64,000 nt of DNA from a virus: IMG/VR virus record IMGVR_UViG_3300050016_000047, positions 32,443-96,442 of that record; one strand, written 5' to 3'. A program made the position numbers and the translations under genes. How positions within the stretch are numbered: the stretch's first letter is position 1; every line of letters begins with the position of its first letter. Below the pieces are notes generated by a model. That model saw only the letters and a list, made by a program, of their open reading frames with translations, ran no database searches and was not told the DNA's origin. Positions 27,883 through 38,261 of this stretch are shown piece by piece.

Positions 27883-27970
27883 AAAATTTTTTAAAGTTTT
27901 AAGAAATCCTCCCGCTTAACGGGGAAAAGCTTACCACGTTTTAATACGAAACAAAAAGGAATAAAAAATC

Positions 27971-28639
27971 ATGGCAAATGCAAATACATTTACTAGTTTG
28001 AGCGGTGGAACCGGAGATAACCAGATTCCATCACAAACTCTAGCGGCTACAACAGAAACAGAATTTCAGAAGACTACTGGTACTACCACAGCGGTAGCTG
28101 TTTTAAGTATTCCTCTAGGAACCGCTATAGCAGGTTCAGCTAGTCCTCAAAATCCGAGCGTTAACGCAGCTTTGATTGGAAGCACTGGCCGTTACTATGG
28201 ACTACCGACGGGAGCTAGTCGCCCTTCTCATACAGCCACGGCTTTTGAAAGTCGCCCTTTCTTGGTTCGCATAACAGGTTTGGCAACGCCCGCGTCTGAT
28301 GCTGGAAACACTCTAGCTGTTATTCTATACTTGGGTACAACTAAATCCGGTACTGCTATTGGTACTACGGCTACGGTTGCTCAAGCTACAACTACAACTG
28401 CTAAACATTTCATTATGGAAGCACAGTTGATGTGGGATAGCACTTCCCAAGCTGTAACAGGTCAGTACTGGTTTAGTCTACCCGGAACATCTGGAACAGT
28501 TTATAGCACTTGGAAGACTTTGGCGAGCGCCGGAAGTACAATCGCTTTAACTGGATTGAACTTCTGTGCTTCAGCTACTTGGGGCAACGCTGTTGGCGGA
28601 GTCGTAGCAGTCAAAGAGTTCTCAATCAGCGAACTATAA
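27971..28639 (+). CDS. putative virion structural protein (paralog of 2765-3301)
   Basis: Shared PFxVRxTG, EAxxxWDS and ExSxxE motifs. Confidence 0.65.
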   Translation: MANANTFTSLSGGTGDNQIPSQTLAATTETEFQKTTGTTTAVAVLSIPLGTAIAGSASPQNPSVNAALIGSTGRYYGLPTGASRPSHTATAFESRPFLVRITGLATPASDAGNTLAVILYLGTTKSGTAIGTTATVAQATTTTAKHFIMEAQLMWDSTSQAVTGQYWFSLPGTSGTVYSTWKTLASAGSTIALTGLNFCASATWGNAVGGVVAVKEFSISEL

Positions 28640-28671
28640 CGAACTGTAAAAAATAGATACAGTGAGGAATC

Positions 28672-29349
28672 ATGTATTCTGAACCAATCCCAGTAGAAGC
28701 AACACCTTACGATCACGATACGCAGGAGTGTTTTAGCTGTCGTAGAATACTCCTGCTTAATCGTTTTCGTAACGACACATCCACAATTAGCGGTAAAAAC
28801 ATCCAGTGCGAAGAATGTTTGGCGGCACCGAGACTATCCACAAGAGAACATGTTAATAGATTAGAAGAACTTAATTATAGTTCTGAAGCTACTAGGGCAC
28901 AACGATGGGGTCGTGACCAACTCGATTTCATGGACTCTCGCCCGCGAGTAGGCAAAGAACTTCACCACAGTAAGTTTCTACAAAAACTATATAACATGGT
29001 CGGGCCTAACGGAACTAAGATTTACATTACCGAAGGAAACATTCTTGGAGACCTAAGTATATTTAAACTGCTTGGCAGAGCACCCAAGGGCGAAAGGGAT
29101 TTCGAATATCTCTGCTATATGCCTACAGGAATGCTCAGTGAGTACTCTATTATTGAGTTTGATAAGCGCGACATACCAATTAAAGAAGAACGTAGAGGAT
29201 ACCGAACAGTTCTTCTAAGACTAATCAAGGCCAGTGTAATCACAGAAGAACAATGCAGACAAGAGTTTGGTGAAGCGGTTGGGCCAGCAAGCATTCCTTT
29301 TAATAGAGACTTGTATCGTTGGAGAAACAGAGAAGCATCCAAGTTTTAA
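28672..29349 (+). CDS. hypothetical protein with N-terminal CxxC zinc finger
   Basis: CFSC...CEEC. Confidence 0.55.
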   Translation: MYSEPIPVEATPYDHDTQECFSCRRILLLNRFRNDTSTISGKNIQCEECLAAPRLSTREHVNRLEELNYSSEATRAQRWGRDQLDFMDSRPRVGKELHHSKFLQKLYNMVGPNGTKIYITEGNILGDLSIFKLLGRAPKGERDFEYLCYMPTGMLSEYSIIEFDKRDIPIKEERRGYRTVLLRLIKASVITEEQCRQEFGEAVGPASIPFNRDLYRWRNREASKF

Positions 29350-29403
29350 AAAGTTTTAAATCATCCGTTAGTGGTTTCGGATTAAACCATATCAGGAGAA
29401 TAT

Positions 29404-29925
29404 ATGACAAAAGAACTACTAGGAAACGAAGAAGAAGTAAAAACAAAGTCTGACAAGTCCGCCAAAGTGGAAATGACTATTGGCGACCTTGAAAAAATAG
29501 TTGGACAAATTAAAGACCAATCCGACGATAAGATGCAGAGTCTTGCCAAGATGATTGCAGACGCTCTTATCGAATCTAAGAAACCGTATGTCAGTCCGCA
29601 GCAACTAGAGAACGAAGAAACAATGCGTAAGAGTATGCGGGAGCAGCGCAAGCGTCTAGAGGAAGACCTAGAAGCTAGCAAAGCTACGTGCCCTCACATG
29701 CAGGGTAGTAACGCTCTAAGCGACGTTTCCGGACCTATGACAGCTATTGTTCAGCATCGTTTGGATACCGGCGAGGTTATTGGAATCTGTACAAACTGTA
29801 TTCGCGTGTTCCGCCAAAACGACCCAGATTACCTAGAATGGATGCGTAAGAAATCAGGAAACAAAATGTCTTCTGCTGGTATTCGTATGTTCATGCGTCC
29901 AGCCGAAGTCATGGCCGCACGGTAA
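29404..29925 (+). CDS. hypothetical coiled-coil/zinc-binding protein
   Basis: CPH...CTNC; GGAG RBS. Confidence 0.55.
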   Translation: MTKELLGNEEEVKTKSDKSAKVEMTIGDLEKIVGQIKDQSDDKMQSLAKMIADALIESKKPYVSPQQLENEETMRKSMREQRKRLEEDLEASKATCPHMQGSNALSDVSGPMTAIVQHRLDTGEVIGICTNCIRVFRQNDPDYLEWMRKKSGNKMSSAGIRMFMRPAEVMAAR

Positions 29926-29955
29926 ACTCGTCCGCAAAACGGACAAGCAGGTTAG

Positions 29956-30678
29956 ATGCCATCTTCTAATAATACTTTAGCAAGAACTATAAACTATGCT
30001 TCCGCCTGTGTCGGCCAAGTTCCGCTGGTCGGCATTGGCGGCAATGCAAACGAACCTGCTTTTTCCATAGCCGACTGGGTTCGTAACTTTATTTTAGCGC
30101 CTCCTTTTTCTTGGAGATGGAACAGACAAGTAAACTATATAACCACTACTATAGGTCAACAAGATTATACACTACAGCAAGCTAACTTAGGCTGGCTGGA
30201 ACAAGCTACTATTTTAGTAAATGGTCAAACACAACAACTAGAAGTTTGGCTAGACCTGTCCGAAGAAACGGTAAATAATCAGCCCGTTCGAATCGCAACT
30301 AGATTAGATGATACTGAGGGCAACATAACTTTTAGAATATCCCCGCCTCCAGACAAAGCTTATAAGATAACGATTACGTTTCAAAGAAGTTCGAGTCTGT
30401 TCCAAGCAACTACAGATACGTGGTCGCCGATCCCGGACTACCTATCCTATCTTTATAATCAAGGTTTCTTAGCTAAGACCTACGAATATAGAAACGACGC
30501 GAGATTCGCACTAAGTATGCAGATGTTTGTACGTCAGGTTATAGCCGCGAATGCCGGACTTACCGATTCGCAAGTTAACATCTTCTTAGGCGACAGGTTG
30601 AATACTCAAAGAGAAGCGCAGAACGCTACAGGTACTTCTAGTTCTGCTCAGGCTGGGAGAGGCTTCTTCAATGGCTAA
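29956..30678 (+). CDS. head-tail adaptor/tail tubular A-like protein, copy 1
   Basis: FSWRWNR, GQQDY, PPPDKAY patterns; position. Confidence 0.6.
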   Translation: MPSSNNTLARTINYASACVGQVPLVGIGGNANEPAFSIADWVRNFILAPPFSWRWNRQVNYITTTIGQQDYTLQQANLGWLEQATILVNGQTQQLEVWLDLSEETVNNQPVRIATRLDDTEGNITFRISPPPDKAYKITITFQRSSSLFQATTDTWSPIPDYLSYLYNQGFLAKTYEYRNDARFALSMQMFVRQVIAANAGLTDSQVNIFLGDRLNTQREAQNATGTSSSAQAGRGFFNG

Positions 30679-30784
30679 AACATGTACTAAATGCGGTATC
30701 GAAAAAACCCCAGATGATATTACAAGACTTCAAGCGGCTACCGAGTTTTTAATAAAACATAGTGAAATTGGAGTGGGAGCATAA
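30671..30784 (+). pseudogene. internally deleted endonuclease VII/HNH remnant (37 aa)
   Basis: MAKTCTKCGIEKTPDDITRLQAATEFLIKHSEIGVGA: N-terminal CxxC fused in frame to the C-terminal helix. Confidence 0.7.
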
Positions 30785-30785
30785 A

Positions 30786-31766
30786 ATGGCGTCCACCTTT
30801 GCTCTTCAAGATATTGTCAACCAAATGCGCGCCTATCCAACTATCACTCCTATTCTCGGAGCCGGAGGATACACCCAGCAGCCCGCCTTGACTATTGCCA
30901 ATGATGTTCTTCAAAAAATAATTGCCCAGAACTTTAATTGGAAGTGGAATCGAGCAAATCTTGCGCCATTCCTAACGGTCGCATTGCAGCAAGACTATGT
31001 TACGAATGTCACTAACTTAGCTTGGATTGAACAAGGATGGCGCATAGATATAAATAATCCAGCTACAGCAACTCCGGGCAATACTAATCCAGTGTTTGCC
31101 ATGGAAGCTGTATCTGACTTAGCTAGAACCTATTTTCAAGGTACGCCTTTTAATTTATCGTGGGTTCCTAACAGCATAGCTATAATGGGAACGTGGCAAG
31201 CGAATACTTTGTATCCGAACGGATTTAACCAAGTACAAACCCCTACTTCTCCTATACAACAATTTATAGATGTTAACGGCAACATACTTTTCGTTACTAC
31301 AAACGGTACAAGTGGCGGTTCGCAACCCGCTGCTGCGGCTAGCGCGGCTGCTGGTACAACAGTAGTGGACAACACGGTTACTTGGACCGTAGCCGACCCT
31401 AACGGCGCTGCGATTCGATTAGCTCCTATGCCCGCGACTTCTGGAATCGTATGGAGTATTTGTCCAGTCTATCAAAAGAAACCACCCATTCTTACAAGTC
31501 TACAAAACCTCTTAACCCCTCTTCCGGACGAATATTTATACTTGTTTCGTCAAGGATTTTTGGCGATGTGTTATGGACACTCTGGTTCGCCACAGTTTAA
31601 AGACGCATACGCGATGTGGGAGGAAAATATATATACTGCTTTACGTTCGGCAGACAGAGAGACTGAAGACAACGTATTCTATCCAAGTCAAAGTATTATG
31701 GGCGATAGTACATGGCGTAACGGGCTACCCGCTGGCCCCGCTTGGCCCTATTTTTCGGGATGGTAG
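30786..31766 (+). CDS. head-tail adaptor/tail tubular A-like protein, copy 2
   Basis: FNWKWNR, QQDY and PLPDEYLYLFRQGFLA align to copy 1. Confidence 0.6.
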   Translation: MASTFALQDIVNQMRAYPTITPILGAGGYTQQPALTIANDVLQKIIAQNFNWKWNRANLAPFLTVALQQDYVTNVTNLAWIEQGWRIDINNPATATPGNTNPVFAMEAVSDLARTYFQGTPFNLSWVPNSIAIMGTWQANTLYPNGFNQVQTPTSPIQQFIDVNGNILFVTTNGTSGGSQPAAAASAAAGTTVVDNTVTWTVADPNGAAIRLAPMPATSGIVWSICPVYQKKPPILTSLQNLLTPLPDEYLYLFRQGFLAMCYGHSGSPQFKDAYAMWEENIYTALRSADRETEDNVFYPSQSIMGDSTWRNGLPAGPAWPYFSGW

Positions 31767-31771
31767 AATTT

Positions 31772-32347
31772 ATGAACTTAAAAAAATGTTCTAGATGTGA
31801 AAAGGAACAAGAAACTTCTAACTTCTGGAGAGACCAAAGAAACTATGATGGTCTTAACGGAACGTGTAAAACATGTGGTAAAGAAGCAAGCAAACAGTGG
31901 CGAATAGATAATAAAGAAAAGAATACGTTAGATAAGAAAAATTGGTATCAAGAGAATAAAACTGAGATTTTGGCTGCTATGCACGACGAGTACAAAAATA
32001 ATCCAGAACCTCACAAACTACGACAACGCGAAGGTCGAAAATGGGACCCCGACAAATATAGAAACTATGATCTAAAGAAAAAATATGGCATAACTTTAGA
32101 AGATAAACTTCGCATGTTCAAGGAACAAGGGGAGAAGTGTAAGGTTTGCGGCTCTACTGAAAGCCGAGCCAAATACCCCGGCATCACTGGTTGGCATGTT
32201 GACCACGACCACATAACTGACGAAGTGCGTGGAATCTTGTGTCATCCTTGCAATCTTACAATTGGTCAATGCGATGAAAGTATTATACGATTAGAAAAGA
32301 TTATAGAATATTTAAAAGCAAACAAACTTAAAGTGGCGGCAGTTTAA
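31772..32347 (+). CDS. endonuclease VII-like HNH homing endonuclease
   Basis: KKYGIT, CKVC, VDHDH..EVRGILCHPCN. Confidence 0.9.
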   Translation: MNLKKCSRCEKEQETSNFWRDQRNYDGLNGTCKTCGKEASKQWRIDNKEKNTLDKKNWYQENKTEILAAMHDEYKNNPEPHKLRQREGRKWDPDKYRNYDLKKKYGITLEDKLRMFKEQGEKCKVCGSTESRAKYPGITGWHVDHDHITDEVRGILCHPCNLTIGQCDESIIRLEKIIEYLKANKLKVAAV

Positions 32348-33523
32348 ATGACTAAAACGATCACTGGAACTTGGAGCTATCCCGACGCGACTCCAGCGGC
32401 AAACGCTATACTTAATCTACAACTTTCTTCCGATGCAGTAGTAACCGGAACTTCGCAAATTGCATCTAGAATTAAAACAATACAACTTAATTCTTACGGA
32501 CAGATTCCAGCAGGGGTGATTATATGGGCAAACGACGAGTTAAGCCCTGATGGAACTGTATACATAACCAGCGTAATAGCTCCCGGCGGCGGACTAGTGT
32601 ACGGTCCTCAAGAACTTTCTTTAACGGGTTCCAGTCCAATAAATATAAACAACGCGGTCCCCACAACTGAGAATGTTGCGTTTGTCGCACCCGTTCTATT
32701 GAATCCTACTGCAACCCAAGAGATAACCGGGTTCGATTTAATAGTAGACAGTAACTTAAGTATTAAAAGCAGCCTCACTCATAAAACCACTTTTGTTTCC
32801 ACGGCTACTGCTGACAGAACAGTTACTTTTCCAGACAACACTGGAACAGTCGCCGAACTTAATTTAGCTCAAAGCTTCTCAGGTCTTCAAACCTTTGGTT
32901 CTGGAATAACTGGAACTGGAGACATTGGAACACTTCAACTAGGAGCTACGGCTTTAGGAAGTACTAATAGCTGGCCGGTTCCACAAACATTTTTGGCTGT
33001 TCTTTCGGCGACTGCTAACCCGGCTACTGTTGGGTTCTTACGACTCGCCAGCGCGGACGGGGTGTTGTGGAGAAATGCCGCAAACGGAGCAAACCTTACT
33101 TTAGCTAAAACAGGTTTAAACACTCCAGAAACTCTTACGTGGAACGGTTTAAATATACCGTGTCCACCGGCAACATTCACTCCCGTTAATCTAACTGGTC
33201 AAACAGCTACTATAGGAAGTACTCTTTTGTATGCTACTCCTTCATCCGGGTCTGGTTTATATAGAATTTCCTACTACGCTTATACAACTACTGCTGGAAC
33301 TGGCGGAACACTTACGCTCACTCTTGTTTGGGATGATGCGTCTTCTAAAACATATACTACTGCCGCTGTTAGTTTAAGTGCGGTAGATATTACAAGCGTA
33401 CTCAGCGGAAGCGCATTAGTGTATTCTAGCAGTTCTCAAAATATAAATTATTTAACAACTGTTTCCGGTAGCACCGGAAGTCCACAGTATGCTCTAAGAA
33501 TAAGGCTGGAATATCTTGGATAA
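32348..33523 (+). CDS. tail fibre/appendage protein
   Basis: Thr/Ser/Gly-rich; TADRTVTFPDNTGTV fibre motif. Confidence 0.65.
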   Translation: MTKTITGTWSYPDATPAANAILNLQLSSDAVVTGTSQIASRIKTIQLNSYGQIPAGVIIWANDELSPDGTVYITSVIAPGGGLVYGPQELSLTGSSPININNAVPTTENVAFVAPVLLNPTATQEITGFDLIVDSNLSIKSSLTHKTTFVSTATADRTVTFPDNTGTVAELNLAQSFSGLQTFGSGITGTGDIGTLQLGATALGSTNSWPVPQTFLAVLSATANPATVGFLRLASADGVLWRNAANGANLTLAKTGLNTPETLTWNGLNIPCPPATFTPVNLTGQTATIGSTLLYATPSSGSGLYRISYYAYTTTAGTGGTLTLTLVWDDASSKTYTTAAVSLSAVDITSVLSGSALVYSSSSQNINYLTTVSGSTGSPQYALRIRLEYLG

Positions 33524-33995
33524 AATATTAATAGGTGGGCGCGAAACGTTTCCATATCACAGAGAACACATGTGGCGAATTGACCACGAAGGAACCCATT
33601 ACTGTAGCCAAACTATTGAAGGATTGGTTTCGGCTCTCGGCGAGTTTCACAGTGTGGTTGTCCGCAAACCGGACGAACCTTTTGTTCCTGTAGACGAGTG
33701 CGAAAAGTGGTGTTCGGTTATTACTAATCCTATGGCTCCGTTAGCAGTACGACAGGAAGCCAATATTAGAGTACGTCAGTTCGCCGCGCAAGGCAGCGCA
33801 CAAGCACAATTTATAGTAGACGCTTTAGATGTAAAAGCATTATATTATTCGCCGGATGCGGTCAAACTTAGTATGAACCTTGACAAAGATTTTGCTTTAA
33901 TCACCAACGAAGAACTTACCGAAAACGTGAAAAACTTGGTTTTGCGGGCGAAACTACTTAACGAAATTGCTGCGATATACAGAGGTTTGAATTAA
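33516..33995 (+). CDS. hypothetical protein
   Basis: 159-aa ORF coupled to its neighbours. Confidence 0.45.
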   Translation: MDKILIGGRETFPYHREHMWRIDHEGTHYCSQTIEGLVSALGEFHSVVVRKPDEPFVPVDECEKWCSVITNPMAPLAVRQEANIRVRQFAAQGSAQAQFIVDALDVKALYYSPDAVKLSMNLDKDFALITNEELTENVKNLVLRAKLLNEIAAIYRGLN

Positions 33996-34651
33996 TGCAA
34001 CTAAATCCCCAGAACGTACTCAGTCCGGCGATAGTCGGTAATGGATTCACTATTACTGTAAGCGGCGGAAGTGTTTATATTAATTCTTCCACACTAGTTT
34101 TAGTTCCAACTACCGTAGTTAATCTTACCGCGAATTCTGTAAACTATGTATACTTTAATATATTATCTGGGTTTATTTCAGTCAATACTACTGGGTTTCC
34201 TTCGGACGTATATCAAATAGCTACAGCAACAACTGACGGTACTGGAATACGATCCCTCGTAGATAGCCGACCCGATCTTTTCTTATCTTCCAGTGGAGGC
34301 GTTAGCGGAAGACTCGTAGTATCTGGAACTCCTCTAGCGACTAATGCAAGTCAGTTTACTTTAGTTGGTTGGGGAGCCGGAGTTACTAAAGCGGTTACTG
34401 GATTTGATGGCGGCCATAGACTTACTATTACTTGTGGAACAACCCCGTCGGTTTCACCAACTTTTGCATTGACGTTTGTGGACGGTCCTTTTACAAACGC
34501 TCCGCTAATCACTGGACAGAAGACTTCTGGTACTGGTAGTTGGTCTGATTTAAAAGTAGTTAGTACTACGACTGGGTATACCGCGACTTTCGAAGACCTT
34601 CCTGTTGCAACCAAGACTTATGAGTTTACAATACTCAATATAGGAATATAA
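33995..34651 (+). CDS. tail-associated structural protein
   Basis: Beta-rich; IATATTD..I..LVDSR pattern. Confidence 0.55.
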   Translation: MQLNPQNVLSPAIVGNGFTITVSGGSVYINSSTLVLVPTTVVNLTANSVNYVYFNILSGFISVNTTGFPSDVYQIATATTDGTGIRSLVDSRPDLFLSSSGGVSGRLVVSGTPLATNASQFTLVGWGAGVTKAVTGFDGGHRLTITCGTTPSVSPTFALTFVDGPFTNAPLITGQKTSGTGSWSDLKVVSTTTGYTATFEDLPVATKTYEFTILNIGI

Positions 34652-37600
34652 TGAAAAAACTTCTATTATACACTTTACTAGTGTTTGGTTTGTCCTCTCC
34701 AATCCTTGCTCAGACTTCTAAGACTGGGCGAATTATGGAGAACACTCTAGCGAATCGCCCCGCGACTTGCGATCCTACAGACGTGTTTGCCCAAACCGAT
34801 TCTCCATATCTTATGTTTAGCTGCGGTCCTGCGAATACATGGGAACCTATGGCGTTAGCGACTCCGACTTTTATAACTACTGGTAGTGAAACCAATCTTC
34901 CTAATTCTCGTCAGTTGGTTGCAGGAACGAACACGACAATCGACACTGGAACACCAGGCCAGATCAAGGTGAATTCGAGTGCCGGAGCGGGCGGTGTCCC
35001 TACTTTTTCGACGGTGAGTTATTCGGCTACGCCGGTGTACCCGTTAACGGGAAATGACGTTCTGTCTATGACGGTAGCGGGGGATGTAAGTTCTTCGACG
35101 ACAAGTGGCTCTCCTGTGGCGGGGTGGCAGGTAACATTCCAAATCAAAGAGGACTCGACGGGTGGCAGGAACCGCGTGTTTGTGTGGCCTACCTCGTTCA
35201 ACCAGCAGCCGCTCCTAATTATTAGTCCGCTCCAGATTTCGACGTTCACGTTCCAGTACAACGGGACGAAGTGGATACTAGTGAGCCACCACACCGATGA
35301 CGCATGGTCGGTGCAATACGCCTCTCCTTTTGGAAATGACGCAAATGACGGCAAGAGTTGGGCGACTGCTAAGTTTGCAATGGAGGCCGCGGCGTGCTCG
35401 CTGTACCTCGGTAATTGCACAACGCGCACGACCGGCTATGGTCATGTTTATTTCGCTGAGGGCACCCACGCGTGGGCTAGCAGCACTGCTTATGGTTTGC
35501 GAATGATGACGAGTGGTGACCCAGCCTTTAATTCCACCAATCCTCCTGCCGGATGGATGAACTCTACGGGGCAGACCTTTGGCTTTAGTGGCGTAGGCTG
35601 CGGAAGTCACAATCAAGGACTGGAACCAGCCTGCTCGATGGTTGGCACCACGGCCGACGGAGTGAGCATCCAGACGAGCAGTATGTCGGAGCCGCAGGAG
35701 TTTCAGGACATCGTTACAGGTGGCCAAGTTCTTGTCGGTATCTGCTCCGACTATACCCGAGCCAATTCTTGCGGTTCCGTTACCGAGACATTCAGGAACG
35801 TACAGGCGAATGGAACGCTTGCACATGGCTCCGCGTTCGCTGTGGGAGCAAATTCGTTCTGGATTCACTTCTTCGAGTGTGGCTGGCAGGCATACAACAT
35901 CCCGGCGACAATAGTATCCACGACCAATATGGGATTATCGAGAGCGTCTGGTATTGTCACGGTTACGACGACCGCTCCGCACGCATTCTCATCCACTTCC
36001 GGTGCGACCACCTATCCGTTCCCGGATAGAGTATTGATCGAAGACGCCGATGATCCGACTTTCGACGGTACGTTTGTCATCACCGGAACGCCAACGAGCA
36101 CATCGTTTACCTACCTACAGACCGGATTACCGAACGCCACAAGCGAACGCGGAGCCGCAATCGTAGACCGCAACTTCGGAGGAGATATTGATGATTTCGG
36201 CGCGATGGGGGATTTTACGCAGGGATACATCTCCGTCGTCGGAGGCGAGGGGCACTATGGCGGATGGCGTTGGTGGAACGATGGCGGCAACGGAGACGGG
36301 ATGGTGTTCCAAGGCTATATCGTAGAAGGAGACTTTGCGGTGACCGCACCGGCATTTGCATACGATTCGCATGGTGGCAGTATATTGATGGCGACGGTGG
36401 ATCAGATAAGGCTGGCCGATAACGCCGGGGTCGGGAACACGGCTGTGATAGACCCTAGCGCCGTTGCGTTCGCTGGTGGTCTGCGTATTGGAAGTGGAAT
36501 TGACGTATTCGGTCCCGGCCAAGTCGGCTATCCAGATACGCTTAACCAAAAGAATCCGCTCACGCAGTCTCAATACGGGATGTTCAGAGGGCATCTGTAC
36601 GGCGTGCCGCCCGACGCCGGGGAATCAACTCCCATATTCGTTCGGTATCCAAACCTCTTTAACACGTCTGTAGCTACCCTAGAAACAAATTGCACCAACG
36701 TCGGGGCAACACCTGCCCTTTATGCGGACCACCAGGGCGGGATGAACGGCGTGTCCTGCACGAGTGCTGGCGGCACGCCTCTGCAATGGAATTTTTCTAG
36801 TGTCGCTTTAACTAGTGTTCACGTCGGAGACTACATAGTAGTGGCCGAGCGGGCTATTAACATAAACCCGCACGCCCTTGGGAACAGAGGGACTAGTCCC
36901 GATGCGATAGCGATAAATGATTTGAGTTGGGGTGGCGATACAGTTACTTATGCCGCCGTGCCTAATCTTAACATCGTCGCCACCGGTCAAGGGGACAGTA
37001 ATTACGAGTGGGTCTTAGCAGTGAGAAAGATTGCCACGACGACAAGCAGCACGCCTACGGCGCTGTGGTACGAGCTAGTTGACAATATTCGCGGGCGGAT
37101 CGTAGACCAAAGCAGCATGATGTTCCTTCATATTCCTTATAACGACCCTCTTGCCACGGACAACGAAGTCGTGAACTTGGCGGCAACGCTGCGTTCTTAT
37201 CCAAGTACAGCAGCGGTAGGGGAAATGTGGGCAGGCCCGCAGCAGATCACGCACAACATCTCGGGACTTACCACGGGCTTTATTCCAAAGGCTGGCAGCG
37301 CCACCACGATCAGCGCCAACTCCGCCTGCGACGATAGCGTTACCACCGCGACCACGATCACCTGCACTGAGCCCCTTGTGGCCACGTCGTTGACAGCAAC
37401 GGGCAGCGGCGCCGGTGTGCTTCAGCTGGGCAACGGCTCAGCGCCGTCGCTGCTCGCCAACGGCTTTTCATTCTTTGCTCCAGTCACCATCACAACGGGA
37501 TTCGGATGGAGTGCTCCTGCAGGTGAAAACGCCAGCGCCGGGCTTTTGCATCTTGCTGCTGCGGCCAGCCACATATCGGCGGCGACTGTAAGCGCCGTCA

Positions 37601-38025
37601 CCAGCGCGGATATGGCCGTGGTGAACACGCGGCAAACCTGCGACATTCCGGTGGGCGACACCAGCGCCAGCGCGCTCGCCAACGCGCAGCTCGGACCACA
37701 GTCGCGCATCTGCTACATTCCCGCCGCCGCCACGATCGTGGAGATGGACGTGAACGCCGACGCCGGCACGCCAAACGTGATCGTGGGCCGAAACCACGCC
37801 GGGACGATCGCTAATGTAGTTTCCGCGGCTCTGGCCACGGCTGCCTCGGGCGGGATCGCCTGCACGAATACGGGCGGCACCACCGGGATCGACGGCGCCA
37901 CCACCTGCACCAACACACTGCAAAACACCAGCCTATCCGCTGGCGACTACCTGGAGCTGGTGAGCGGCACGGCCGGCGGCACCGCTAAGTTTTTCGTTGT
38001 GCACGTGATCTACACGATCAACTGA
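34651..38025 (+). CDS. large mosaic tailspike/fibre-like protein with signal peptide
   Basis: 1124 aa; GNDANDGKSWATAK beta-helix start; GC-rich 3' part; module shared with 6395-8884. Confidence 0.7.
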   Translation: MKKLLLYTLLVFGLSSPILAQTSKTGRIMENTLANRPATCDPTDVFAQTDSPYLMFSCGPANTWEPMALATPTFITTGSETNLPNSRQLVAGTNTTIDTGTPGQIKVNSSAGAGGVPTFSTVSYSATPVYPLTGNDVLSMTVAGDVSSSTTSGSPVAGWQVTFQIKEDSTGGRNRVFVWPTSFNQQPLLIISPLQISTFTFQYNGTKWILVSHHTDDAWSVQYASPFGNDANDGKSWATAKFAMEAAACSLYLGNCTTRTTGYGHVYFAEGTHAWASSTAYGLRMMTSGDPAFNSTNPPAGWMNSTGQTFGFSGVGCGSHNQGLEPACSMVGTTADGVSIQTSSMSEPQEFQDIVTGGQVLVGICSDYTRANSCGSVTETFRNVQANGTLAHGSAFAVGANSFWIHFFECGWQAYNIPATIVSTTNMGLSRASGIVTVTTTAPHAFSSTSGATTYPFPDRVLIEDADDPTFDGTFVITGTPTSTSFTYLQTGLPNATSERGAAIVDRNFGGDIDDFGAMGDFTQGYISVVGGEGHYGGWRWWNDGGNGDGMVFQGYIVEGDFAVTAPAFAYDSHGGSILMATVDQIRLADNAGVGNTAVIDPSAVAFAGGLRIGSGIDVFGPGQVGYPDTLNQKNPLTQSQYGMFRGHLYGVPPDAGESTPIFVRYPNLFNTSVATLETNCTNVGATPALYADHQGGMNGVSCTSAGGTPLQWNFSSVALTSVHVGDYIVVAERAININPHALGNRGTSPDAIAINDLSWGGDTVTYAAVPNLNIVATGQGDSNYEWVLAVRKIATTTSSTPTALWYELVDNIRGRIVDQSSMMFLHIPYNDPLATDNEVVNLAATLRSYPSTAAVGEMWAGPQQITHNISGLTTGFIPKAGSATTISANSACDDSVTTATTITCTEPLVATSLTATGSGAGVLQLGNGSAPSLLANGFSFFAPVTITTGFGWSAPAGENASAGLLHLAAAASHISAATVSAVTSADMAVVNTRQTCDIPVGDTSASALANAQLGPQSRICYIPAAATIVEMDVNADAGTPNVIVGRNHAGTIANVVSAALATAASGGIACTNTGGTTGIDGATTCTNTLQNTSLSAGDYLELVSGTAGGTAKFFVVHVIYTIN

Positions 38026-38261
38026 TGGACACCCTACGAGTCGCGGCCCTTTCCTTGCTCCTGATTCTCGGCACGACCGGAACCTGCACGGTTACGATTA
38101 CACCGGGCACGACTGCGGCGAACGGGTGGACGTGTGACGCGCACGACCTGACGACACCAGCCGACGTGATAAATCAGACGGGAAGCAATACAACGACTTG
38201 CACTATTTCGGGAACGACGGTTAGTGGCGATATAATTACGTGGAAGGCGGCATCATTCTAA
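38025..38261 (+). CDS. short fibre C-terminal domain protein, possibly truncated
   Basis: Hydrophobic leader fused directly to a GTCTVTIT...NGWTC domain. Confidence 0.45.
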   Translation: MDTLRVAALSLLLILGTTGTCTVTITPGTTAANGWTCDAHDLTTPADVINQTGSNTTTCTISGTTVSGDIITWKAASF

